NCBI GenBank assembly: GCA_977030845.1
Contig: OZ365110.1
Coordinates: forward strand, 34,720,001 to 34,784,000
From: Fimbriosthenelais zetlandica
Lineage: Eukaryota
Direction of reading: 5' to 3'
DNA: 64,000 nt
Made by a program: the position numbers and the translations under genes. Below are positions 1 to 12,017 of the stretch, piece by piece; the stretch's first letter is position 1, and each line of letters begins with the position of its first letter. The notes beneath the pieces are model-generated. The model searched no databases. It saw nothing but the letters and a program-made list of their open reading frames with translations, and was not told where the DNA came from.

Positions 1-195
1 GTTTTTGGTGGTTTTTAAAATTTGTGTATGCCTTTGTAAATGATACTCATAGTAATTTCTGCCTCTTCTCAACTTTTAGTTTCAATTTCCCATAGGACAG
101 AAAGGAATCGCGCATACCATGTTGGGTTTCCTATCAAAATACACAAAATATCAGAAAATCTTGAAATTTTATGGAACAGAGTTGAGAAAACATAC

Positions 196-2239
196 ATTTG
201 AAGGACTCCTCTTCAATAGAGATCTCATCATTGTCTGATAATTCTTCAACTTCTTTAATGGCGTCAAACGATGGTTCAGGACTCTGAGCGGGAACTGGAC
301 TCCTCCTGGGCTTTAAAAACTGTAATTAAAAAATCGTAATTTTCAGTATCAGCATAAATTAATATTTAATAAGATACATTATACTCATTTCAAAATAAAG
401 AAGAACAATGGAAGGAAAGAAGGAGGAAAAAAAGTTACTAGCTCTTAAAAACATATTATTGCTTCATCATCTTGGTTTTTCCTTATTTTTCCCGATCATT
501 CATGCTTGTTCTAAAATTTCCTGACAAAACTTTCCCAATTTCACAAAAAAATTTCTTGACCGAAAAGAAATATCATTTGTCCCGACCAGAGGGAACCCTG
601 AAGTCTCTCACCTTAGTTCCAGCTGTTGGTGACTTGGGTGACACCCTACCCTTAGGTGACACTTTGCCTTTAGGTGACACCCCACCTCTGGGTGTACGTC
701 CTGAGCCTGGATCGGTTGACCCAGACAAGCCACCAATAAAATCAGCCAAAGATTCCTCGTCAGTATCCAGCACTACTTGAGTGGCGTACTTATCAGAACT
801 TTTAAGTCTGAACATATCTCGCTTTGGTGAAGCTGAAAAAAAAACAAATAATAGAGTGGAAACAGTTCCTTTTAGCAATTTAAATTTAACAAATTTCATT
901 TTATCTTTCATAAGAAATATATGACTTAAAATAAATCATTCTGGTATATGGAATTAGAACCTCCACTTCAAGAAATGTAAAGCCCTGATACTAAATTATC
1001 CTATATCAATTTTCGGAGGGGGAAATGTACTGACAAAAAACATCTCTATTTAAAAGTTGTAATACCTGGAGATCTAGCCGGTTCTGGAGGCGGCGTCACC
1101 GGCTTCTCTACAATCTTCTTTTTCAGGAACTTAGCGCCTCCTTTACCAACCGCCTCAGAGGTGGAGGAATCACTCATCTCAAAGCTATATTTAGTCCCCT
1201 TATTTCCCAGCTTCGTTTTTCTACCACTCACCGGACTAGAGCTGCTCTTATCAGGCGAGCTCGACCTTGACTTTACTGGGGCCGCAGTGAATTTATTTTG
1301 TGGTGTTTTGACTGGAGTTTTGGTTTCGACACTTGCTGGGGTTTTTCTCATGGCATGGACATCAGCCATTACATCCGAATCCATACTCAGATCCATATCT
1401 AAATCACTATCACTTAAAATCACAGGCTCCTTCTTTTTCTCTTGAGAAAACCTATTCATGAACTGGGCGGCTTTGGATAGGGCGGAGGCGGCGTTGGATT
1501 TGGAAGGGGCCTGGGTTTTTTGAGGGGAGACCGTACTGGGTTGAGGCTTTTTGAGAAATTTTGGTGTGTCATTTTTAATGTTTTTCTCTTCAACGGGGGT
1601 TTGGGGCTTCTTTTTCAAGAATTTTGAAGGTGCGGACGATGTTTTTTTCTTCTCTTCCTCGTTGCTAGATATAGAAATGTCTATCTCACTCTCCTCTCCA
1701 AATTTATCCCATTGTGGTTCTTTGAGGGTTGTTTTCTTACTCAATGAACTGAGGTATGCCTGAAAAAAGAAAATTAAATTGGTTTTAAATTGATGACTCA
1801 TTTTTTCATAGGTTGGTTGATTTCCCAGCAACAACCAGGGTCATGTTGCGACAAGGAAACACGCTGTTGGGTATGGCCAGGTTGCTCTTATCAAAATTCA
1901 GCAAGTATTCTTGTACACGCCTCTCACAATAGACAATGGGAGATATTTCATTAAGAAGTTGTTATATCTATTATTAATTTGGGAATAAATTTTATTTGGA
2001 ATGAAATTTATTTTGGATGAATACACAATATTTATACCTGATTCTAATTAAAAGAAATAAAACAGAATGTACACAACAAAATTAGCTATACTAATTAAAC
2101 TTACACCAATGTCGTCTTCATCCTTTTCAACGGTTGAGGGAGTTTGAACCCTCTCACCTCGTAACTGAGCGTTGGCTTTCTGAAGGAGGGCACTGGCCCC
2201 CACCTTAGGGGGTGGACCGTCCATTTTTCTCCTATTCAT
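196..2239 (-). CDS. C19orf44: C19orf44-like (DUF4614-family-like) Ser/Lys-rich protein, 5' part; continues beyond the left edge
   Basis: Exons 2239-2105, 1759-1066, 832-612 and 319-196, all GT-AG with consistent phases (0,1,0,1). Motifs SKFLKKK/PKFLKK/AKFLKKK, NAASALSKAAQF and LDTDEESLADFIGGL resemble recalled human C19orf44 motifs (SRFLKKK, ANAALMKLAQL, DSDEEEMKVLLGSL). Head-to-head with calreticulin. Identity is from memory; no search was run. Confidence 0.7.
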
Positions 2240-2913
2240 GATGTCTTATTTCTTGAAAGACGACTATCATTGATTGTCGGTAAGTCTTGGAATTGGTACT
2301 AGCGTCATTCTGTAACAAAAAAAATATATAATATAATATGTAATCTATAAGACTATATTATAATTTATTAATAGATCTAATTCTTTTTTATTTTTCAGTA
2401 TTACTATTAGATAAACAGTCACAAATTGCATGCTTAGGCCGAGTTGTGGGTTGTTTATTGTATACATTTCGAAAACATTATTATAGGCTAAAGACAAAGT
2501 AAACACTATTAAACTGTAAATGGTGACTTTAAATGTGACTGTCAATCATGAATCATCATGATCATCATGATGATGATTGACTGTACCGTACTGAACTTGT
2601 GTGAAGAAATTTTAGTTTCAAACAGGATAGCAAGACTCTTAGTATTCTAGCAAAACCAAATGAAAAGCTTCTGACTTCTTGTTTTCTATTAGTCAAAGTC
2701 GTATTGGCGCAAAGCAAAAGTTAGTGAATTTCTGCCGACCCCAGGAGGTCCCTTGAAAATCGATGTGGTTGAACATGATGCAGGGAAACCCCACCAGCCA
2801 ACTAAATTTATACTAAAATAGGCCTAAACTTGAATCAAGGTGGCATGTCGCGACATGTTTTATTGGCTATACTCGCGTAAAACAAAATAAACACACGCTA
2901 AATCACGACGTAC

Positions 2914-3030
2914 CTGTATAATATCACTTCAAAATACATAATCTATCTTCTTACACCTCGTGAATCTATCAGGAAGACAGAAATCCACCATTCCACTAGC
3001 TAAATCCGGCGATGTTTTGAAAAAATGCCG
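2914..3030 (-). other. Probable non-coding first exon of the C19orf44-like gene
   Basis: Strong donor ACAG|GTACGT at 2913 and pyrimidine-rich acceptor ttttttgttacAG| at 2310. The spliced leader would contain a 13-codon uORF (2308-2267) ahead of the ATG at 2239. The 5' end is approximate. Confidence 0.5.
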
Positions 3031-3037
3031 CCATCTT
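3027..3037 (-). promoter_or_regulatory. YY1 consensus site in the bidirectional promoter
   Basis: Minus strand reads AAGATGGCGGC, a perfect YY1 core, between the two divergent genes. Confidence 0.6.
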
Positions 3038-3122
3038 CGCTTGTGTACGTTCCCCACTTCCGCTCAATTCGGCAAATTCCGTGACTTCCTTTGAGCACTT
3101 ACGGAAATTACCGAGGATGCGA

Positions 3123-3174
3123 GGTGGTGCACGCTGATTGGCTGAGATCTGTGAACCAATGACAAGTCTCCATC
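3123..3174. promoter_or_regulatory. Two divergent ER-stress-element (ERSE)-like sites
   Basis: 3141-3123 (-): CCAAT-cagcgtgca-CCACC; 3156-3174 (+): CCAAT-gacaagtct-CCATC. Both have the exact 9-nt spacer of the ERSE consensus CCAAT-N9-CCACG. GTCACGTG (3184-3191) and a TATA-like TATAGAG (about 3203) follow. Confidence 0.6.
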
Positions 3175-3272
3175 TGTCCAGTCTGTCACGTGTGTTTCTG
3201 GCTATAGAGGGTCAACACGTTGCTCCCTTCATCCCATCTTTGCTGCTTGTCCGGGGTGTTACTGTCCGAAAA

Positions 3273-6200
3273 ATGCAGCGTTTACTAATTCTATTGTTTG
3301 CAGTGGCTTTAGCCATTGCCGATCCAACTGTACACTTCGAAGAAACCTTCGACGGTAAGTACTTTTTGCATAATTTGTCTTTGAATTCACCCAACTCGCG
3401 ATGCGTTTTCGCCGGTCATTGCCTTCGGCTTCGATGTTGGGCACCCAGCTGCATGATAATTTCTTGTCTGCTGTGCGATGTAATCCTGCGCTAGTATCGG
3501 AATTATTATTTAAGATTTCTGGATCATATATCGTGTTAAGTCCTTGGTTAAATTTTGATTCTTCTGGGATAGAAAAAGGGAGAGATCGCACTAAAATTGC
3601 GCCCCTCAAAAATCTCCCCAGTCTCCCCCCAGCTCACTGGGTCGGTGGGCAGTGGGTTGGAATCATCTGGGAAGGGAGAAAGAAACACACAATACCGGTA
3701 TTACTCAGGAGTCTTTGCAGTAAGGTAATTAAAAAAAATAATTTATCTGGGAATTGTCGTCGATTGAAAAATTGCAAGTGCAGTGAAAGGTTTCCATATT
3801 GTAACCATGTAAGCCTACCATATCTGTGACCAATTTTCAAAGTGCCACTCCCACCCACTACCAACCAAGCCTCCAAGTCCAAGGCCAAGCTCTTTATGGC
3901 ATCTATAGATCTATTTAATAGGCTGTGGAGTGTGGTATAGATGCCTAATTATGACTAATATGAGGCTAATTAGGGACCTACCCCGAATGGGACTGGACTA
4001 TAGGGAAGCTAATAATAATTTTAAATATATTTTCGTATTCTACACCAGTCAGTTTTGCTATCAATAATAATTTCAACCAAAATTTCAAAATGAGATTAAT
4101 TTGGTTTTTCTAATTGTCTGTATGAACCGTTTGACATAATTATTTTATCCTACGTCACCACACCCCCAAAAAAACCTGATTAAGTTGTCATATTTTTTGT
4201 GAGCATTTAGTCAGAATGTGTATTGATAATTTTTATTCTATTTCCTGCTTCAGATGAGAGCTATGAATCTCGCTGGGTTCAGTCCACCGCTAAGGGATCA
4301 GACCAAGGTCAATTCAAATTGACTGCTGGAAAATTCTACAACGATCCTGAGGCTGACAAAGGTAACTTTCTTAAATTAAATTCTAAAATATTGAAAATTA
4401 GCTTGTATAAGACTAAAGAGATCCCCGGGAATGGCAACAAATCATTTAAAAAAAATAATTGTGAATATTTTTTCTTTTTGTAATGAATGCCTATAAAAAG
4501 TAAAATATTTAAACACTTTTTTAAGTCCCCAAAGTATTAAATTTACTGTATTTCTAGAAGCTCAATGAAAAATTCATTTTTGGTGAGTATTCATGAATGA
4601 ATAACCATCTGTCTTTACTCATTTGCATAAACACCATCCTCATGAATATGCATTGCTTTTTCATTAAGGTATCCAGACCAGTCAAGATGCAAGGTTCTAC
4701 GGCCTTTCTGCCAAGTTCGAGCCCTTCAGCAATGAAGGCAAATCCCTGGTCATTCAGTTTACAGTTAAGCACGAACAGAACATCGACTGTGGAGGTGGCT
4801 ATTTGAAGGTCTTCCCCTCCACCCTGGAGCAGACGGCCATGCATGGCGACTCCCCATACTACATTATGTTCGGTCCAGACATCTGCGGTCCTGGTACCAA
4901 AAAGGTCCATGTCATCTTCAACTACAAGGGCAAGAACCTGTTGACCAAGAAGGATATCCGGTGTAAGGACGATGTCTTCTCCCATCTCTACACACTGATT
5001 GTCAGGCCTGATAATACTTATGAGGTTAAGATCGACAACAAGAAGGTTGAGAGCGGAGAGCTAGAGGCTGATTGGGACTTCCTCCCACCAAAAACCATCA
5101 AGGTACGTCTTTTTCTGTTAAGGTTTTATTTTTGAGCACCAGTCCAAGTTTTGAAATGAAATAATTTGTCCTAATTAAAGTTCAGATACAGATATATTAA
5201 GGATCTTAACTTTGAGATTACATTTTTTGCGTGAAGAAAATAGTAAAAAAAAATCATTTAAAAATTCAGATATTCTGATACACGTCATGATCCATTTTTA
5301 GGGGATATTCAATATTTATCCGAAATTAAACCCAAATTTCTAAAATTTAAACAAAGATTAAATATTTTCTCAATTTTCAACAAAAGGACCCCGAAGCCAA
5401 GAAGCCCGATGACTGGGACGACCGTGAGAAGATCGATGACCCAGAGGACACCAAACCCGAGGACTGGGACAAGCCCGAGCACATCCCCGACCCCGACGCC
5501 AAGAAACCCGACGACTGGGACGATGAGATGGACGGAGAATGGGAGCCACCCATGATCGACAACCCCGACTACAAGGGCGAGTGGAAGCCCCGCCAGATTG
5601 ACAACCCAGACTACAAGGGCAAGTGGGTGCACCCCGAGGTCGACAACCCAGACTATTCCCCAGATACTCAACTTTACAAGTATGAGGATATCGGCATTAT
5701 TGGCTTCGATTTGTGGCAGGTGAGTGCTTGAAAATGAGTGTTCAAAACCTGAAATTCAAAAAGATCAAACTAAATATTTTGGTCATCCGTTGGTGCCTAT
5801 TTCAGAACCTGTACATTAAAAAAGGTCAAACAATATAATAAATTATTTCCTTTTTGTCCTTAGGTAGCTGACTGGACTTTTAAATAATTATTCACATTAA
5901 CAAATGTTTCTTTTTCTGTCGCAGGTTAAATCTGGAACCATTTTTGATAATGTACTCATCACTGATGATGAAGCTCATGCCGAGCAGAACGGTAAAGACT
6001 TGTGGGAGAAGACGAAAGACGGAGAGAAGAAGATGAAGGACGAACAGGATGAGGAAGAGAGGAAGAAACAAGAGGAGGAGGATAAGAAAAAGAAGGAGGA
6101 GGAAGATGGTGAGTTCTAACATTTGAATAGTGGAAATTTGTGATCCATAGAACCTAAAACTGCTTTGAATTTTAAAATTCTATGTGGGAATTACAGGGAA

Positions 6201-6910
6201 ATAGATTGGGATAGAATTTCATGGGGAAATTTACGAAAAATTGTACTCGGTTTTTACTCCAGGAAGAAAAAAGCTGCTCACTAAAATGGATGTTTCACCG
6301 ACGTAGTTTTAAAAGAGTAAATTTAATACTTTGTTTAAAAATTAATTTCTTCCTTGTTTGTATTCTGAGTGCGTATATATTTCCCATAAAAATTCTCAAG
6401 TTTAAATGTTTATCAATTTAATTATGTTTTCAGCCGCCGGTGAGGATGAGGATGAAGATGATGCTGGAGACGAGGAAGATGAGGAGCCTTTAGATGACGA
6501 ATCTCCTGTAAGTATTTACATTTTCTAAATTCACATTAAACTTTTTTTTAATTTTATAAAAAGATTATGGTTGGATTTTTTTTAATAATTTGATTTGGGA
6601 TCTCGTCTAACATTTACTCTTGAAACTACTCCAAATTCGCTATAATTTTATACAGGTTTACTAATTGATAATCCTCTAATTAAAATGACCTTGACGGGAT
6701 TTTCATAACTTAGGTAACTACCTAATGATGGGTCACTGCATAACTTTTTTATAAAGGTTTTTCATTTTTTCTTCTTGGGGGAGGGGGTTGGGTTGAGATC
6801 GAGTGAACACTTTTGCCTTGTCTGCCTAATTTATCAACAAATTTTTAATTAATTATTTTTTGTTAATTTTGCAGGAGGATGACGAAGCACTTGATCACGA
6901 TGAGTTGTAA
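3273..6910 (+). CDS. CALR: Calreticulin, complete, about 416 aa
   Basis: Exons 3273-3354, 4254-4361, 4669-5102, 5387-5719, 5925-6108, 6434-6507, 6875-6910, all GT-AG and in frame. Signal peptide, KHEQNIDCGGGY, IMFGPDICG, P-domain repeats (KPEDWD, GEWKPRQIDNPDY), acidic tail and C-terminal HDEL*. Confidence 0.99.
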
Positions 6911-7459
6911 AATAGCGTTGTGTGAATGAAACGCCTGCAATCCTCACCAAACGCCTCATCTCACCACACCCATCACAACACGCTCATCACAACGGCTAAC
7001 AACCACGAGCTGTGACTGTTAAAATTTAACAGTCACCCCTTAAATTGTTACCCAGTCATTTAAAAAAACAAAACCCACATTCGTTCCATCTTCATCCGTC
7101 ATTCTCATATCTCTAGGACAACAGACGCAGGCACTAAGTTTATTCTCATCATCAGTCTGAAGTCTTTACATTATTCCATTTGTACAGATGGGGGATATTA
7201 TTATTAATTAAAAAAAAAAAAAAGAAAAAGAAAAATTAGTCACTGTGATCCTACAAATATATGATTATGTTGCATCATGCAAAAAATTAAGAGATTGTCG
7301 AGTAGCGTGAGCGTTGGTTGTCATCCCCATACAGTGAATTGGTACATTTTTTTTCATTCGGTTTTTTTTTTGTTTAAGAGCCTCATTATGTGAATTCTGT
7401 CGAAATTCCATCGTTTGTTGAAGACTTATGTCTTAATCGTATAATGTGGTGGTATTTGT

Positions 7460-7465
7460 AATAAA
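7460..7465 (+). terminator. Likely calreticulin poly(A) signal
   Basis: AATAAA about 550 nt after the stop, followed by a T/GT-rich stretch. Confidence 0.5.
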
Positions 7466-7659
7466 AAATATTACAAACCAATTTTGTTTCTTGTGGATTG
7501 TTTTTAGAGGCAGGAATTTCCAGAAAGCACTTTTTAGAAGTCTGGTAACCTAATTATGGTTTCTTATGTAAGATGATGAAAATACATTTAAAATTAACTG
7601 TAGATGTTCATAAAAAGCTCTAAATTAAAAATTTTAAGGCCCTGGAAAACCTTAATGGA

Positions 7660-7865
7660 TTGTCACTTTCAACTTGTGAGGTGATCTCAATCACATTATA
7701 CCGACAACAGGTCGACCAGTCCTAGCACTGCCATCTTATTGCTGAGTGCCAAGAGGGAGCTACTAGTCCCATTTTTTTCAGTCTTTGGTTAAGGCCCGGC
7801 CGCAGTTTGAACTGGCGATCTTACATTCATAGGGCAGATATCTAACCACTAAACCGCCATGGTGG
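7660..7865 (-). mobile_element. tRNA-derived SINE
   Basis: Minus strand shows A-box-like GGCGGTTTAGTGG and B-box-like CAGTTCAAAC, then a body (CCAAAGACTGAAAAAAATGGGACTAGT...GGCACTCAGCA) shared with the copy at 34400-34640. Confidence 0.75.
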
Positions 7866-9526
7866 TCTGGGAAACCCTGAGTATTAGATAATATTCTAAG
7901 CCCGCATTTCTTTGCTGCCAAAATCAAGGAAAAAATCACCAATGGAGCATGCTTTTCTAAATTCATTTTATTCAAAGGTCCCTACCTATTTGATTAGCAG
8001 TGGAGTGTACAGTTACCGTACCAAGTAAGAACAATGTTTATATTACCGCGTCATGGTCCATATAGTCATGACCAACATTATAGATGCCATGATTCATTCT
8101 ATAAGGTCATGGCTCACAAAGACATGACTTTATAGACATAGTAAACTTATTTATGTAAACTTATTGTCATGACCAACATATATATAGAGGCCATGATTCC
8201 GCCAATCTTTCAATGTCAGGGGGCAAACAAATTATGAATGGATTTATCTTACAATAATATACAGAATCATACAACCGTAAAGACTCTATTTGAAGCCACA
8301 TCCCTATTAGAAGTCATACATTTATAAGAGTGTTATAGTATCACACTTTTTGGTTATATCCCTACTTTGAATTGTCCAAGTCCCACTGATTTGTAATACA
8401 AAAAACTGTCATATAAAACAGCCCGATTTTAAAGTGAAAGTTACTCCAAAATAATTATATGGGACATAATAAATGTGTATAATTTTGAAATATAATTTTA
8501 ACAAATATAACAAATAAACTGATAAGTTAAAATTCAATCTGCACTTCTTCCATTAAACCCTAAAACCCCTAATCATGAGCCATGCTCTGACAAGTTTAGA
8601 ACTCTTACTCTACCGTATTTCCTCGAGGCAAATGAGAGCAAAACAACAATTCCAGGACTTTTCTATGACATTTCGTGGATAAAATCTTCCAGGGTTTTCC
8701 AAAACAGTACTGAAAATGTATTTATCCAGGGCTTTTCAAGACTATAAAAGTGTTTTTTTGTTTTTTTTACCAGTACATTCCAAACCCTGGCAGACTTCTT
8801 ACAGACTCAGCTGCTTCAGATGGGATGATTACGGTAATGCTGGGTTGGGGTTGGTAGGACACTACTAACCAAGGGAAGGTGGGGGGTCATCACGTTTGAA
8901 GCCATCACAGACAGACAATGAACCCCAAAATTTCCCCCCTAATTCAAATCACGACTCATCTCCCAAACAATTAAATGTATACTTCTTATCCGCAACCTCC
9001 AACCTTACAATGGGCTAATTTACAAGTTATTTATTATTTCTATACATTGCACAAAACATCGGCCATGGTAAAGGACGAGTCCTTTTGTATTTTGTTTAGC
9101 TAGGCCAATAGAATATATTATCATTTATTCTGCGTATATATCCTCAATTTAGTATATACTAATACTTGTTAGGGAGCGGGGATATATTTATTTATACATG
9201 AAATTTTTCAATACCCTGGGGAAAGCTGTGGCTGCTTTGGGAAGAAAGCCGGCATTATATATAATATGATGTTCTTATACATTGGAAGTGACAATCTGAA
9301 TGGAGGAAAAAAGGTAATCTTGGACTATGCATACAGGCCCTAGGGATGATGAAAGACTCGTGACGACTGGTCTACAATGGTACCTGTTTACTGATATGCA
9401 TGGTTGAATAACAAGTAGTGAACAATTGATCACTAAAACATTGGCTTTCTTACATAACATGATGACATAATTCGCAGGAGATAAAAGCCAGTATATTGCA
9501 CGACTCACTGTCTGTACCGACCTATA

Positions 9527-9924
9527 CAGTGGAGTCTCACTGAACGACCACCTCACTAAAGCGACCATCACACTATAATAGCCTGGAACACACTAATCCG
9601 ATTCTCCAATCCGTCGCCACCCGAACCGCCATTTCTAATGGCATCCAATGATTGAAATGTTGTCAGTGGTTAGCCCTACCGATGTGTAAAGGTGACTGGT
9701 CTGTTCAAATTACAAGCATTTGGTGCGAACAGAAATATGGTTTCTGTTATCGGATGGAGCCGGATAGAGAATCGGATTAGTGTGCCCCAGGCTTATACCA
9801 GACCACTAAATGGTTACTACATTTTTTTAACACAGCTAAGACATAATTATTCCTGTGACCATCTTGCTATACGACCACAATTAAGTTCATAATCAAAGGT
9901 GGTCGCTTTAGTGAGACCCCACTG
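9527..9924. mobile_element. Tc1/mariner-type MITE (CAGTGG family) with TA target duplication
   Basis: TA|CAGTGGAGTCTCACT ... AGTGAGACCCCACTG|TA (14/15 TIR match), with internal GCGACCA/TGGTCGC subrepeats. Confidence 0.85.
9579..9794. mobile_element. Second MITE nested inside the 9527-9924 MITE
   Basis: Roughly 33-bp imperfect TIRs: AGCCTGGAACACACTAATCCGATTCTC at 9580 and GAGAATCGGATTAGTGTGCCCCAGGCT ending at 9793. Confidence 0.75.
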
Positions 9925-12017
9925 TAGATTTATTATAATGAACACCATGAATATATATCTATCAAAGGAGTTGATACTCTAGACGTTTTCACGCGGTGAT
10001 AACCCATTTGAAATGATCCCGTTAAAAATTACTTGCATGACACATTCTCAGTGTATATATTACCTAAACAAAAGGAGCTAATCACAATTTGAGGCGTGGA
10101 TAGCATGAAAGAGGAGAGCTATTTTAGTGGTACATGTATATTATTTTTGCTTATACTTAACAATTGAAATTGACTTACGTACCTTGAATGACAGGTAAGA
10201 GGCAAAATATAATCCTTAAAACAAAAAAAAATGGCTAGCACCACATAAAATTTATGACAAACATTTAATAATTAAAAACCAATTTCAATGTCATAATATG
10301 GTGGGCAGAGATGCAATTTAGGCAAATCAAGAAAATTTCTGAAAGACCGTTGCGAGGGGATAAAATGAACAAAGTTACACAAAAACATTATTTCTGGCAT
10401 ATTTGCGCACTCATCTATCCACATCCAATGGTAAATAATTCCCAAAACAAATTCTGAAAGTCAGGAAAATTCCTGAAACTTCAAAATAGGTCACTAATCA
10501 ACTATGGATTCCATTTAACCCATGACATATTTACTATCTACAATTGGTACTGTATTCAAATCGCAACAATTGTGAATAATTATACTTTAGTGCAAAATTG
10601 TATATTCTCCATCTTATCCTCATTTGATTGAAACATAATTATATTATTAGTTATATTATAACAGAGTTAATAAGACTTACACAACAATGTGTAGGTAATA
10701 TATTAATGAATGGATTTGTGCTATGTAATAGATTGACAATGGCTTATTTGAACTGTCATTTGAACATTATAATATAAACCTATGCAGTATCATTCATTAA
10801 CATTTCAACACTCTGGTTCGTGCCCATACGCCCAAATAACATATTTTGCACACCTGCCAATGGGGGGAGATAAGATACCAAAATGCATAAATGAATTGAC
10901 ATAAAATAATTCCTTCGTGTTCATGTATAACAGTTTTTGCCACATTAAAAAAATGCCCCATTTTTTATTGCCATGGGCTGACACATTTAACAAAAGTTGA
11001 CACATGTCTACATTATATAAAATGTACATTTAAACACCTATATACACTCACATAGTGTGTTGTGACTATGAGAAGACTATGGTTTTGTATCATACAATGA
11101 CTTTCTTTCATTTTTGTAACAGCACTACATAGAGTAGAAATCCGGCTGGATTCAGAAAATAAAATTCTATGGACCAAAATTGTTTTTAGAACCAGTCGAA
11201 AGAAACATACCACATGCTTGGTGTTCTAACTAGGAATGGCAGTACAAAGTGACAACCAAACTGATTTCTAATTTTGGGGGGACAATACTGTAATATTAAC
11301 TGTGCTATTCTTGATTTTTTTGTTATCCACATGTAATAGATTATTGAGGGTGTTAAGAGCTGTAGATCGACGAGTAGATGCATACATTGTGACCTTGACT
11401 TGCCTCCTTTGATTGAGCCACAATGTTGAAGAAACGACCAAGTCCCAGACCTACATTCAATGAAAGAAACCAACTAAAGCAACAATTCATCTATTAAAAG
11501 ACCTGAAATAATACTATTACTGCTTCATACGTTTCACTGAGTACCTGGGGTATGTCTTTACTCTTACTGGTGTTACATTTGGACCATTTAGTGAGATGGT
11601 CGCTTTTGCCACTATGTCTTTCTGGTGTTAAAATTACGGTACATTTCAAGCATTTAGTGGTCACATTATAGTGAGGTCTTAGTGGTTTTAAATGGGTTTG
11701 GCCAGTTCTAAATCCATAGCTTTCCCAGTTTTAATATTGATTTAAATATTCCAGAATATAATTTAAACAGAATTAGAGTTTGGAAGATTTATGTCCAGCC
11801 ACAAAAAAAAAGATACCAACCTTGATGCTTCTTTTTATTCGATGCATTTCAAACCAGTTTATTGAGACCACTGAAAGAGAGAGAAAATACAGTTACAAAA
11901 GGCACAGAACATTTACCACACATTAACCATTTCCACATTCATTTCCACATCATCTTTCATTCACAAATGTTCAGTCAAAGAAATGTGTCTCCATCGAACC
12001 TTGGTTTCTAAAAATCT

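Noticed and set aside
573-611. Extension of C19orf44-like exon 3 to a donor at 586 or the stop at 573
   Set aside because: That phase gives a TGA in the next exon. The AAG|GTGAGA donor at 611 keeps the frame and rebuilds a KFLK motif.
4554-6122. Minus-strand ORFs over calreticulin
   Set aside because: Antisense shadows of strongly codon-biased calreticulin exons.
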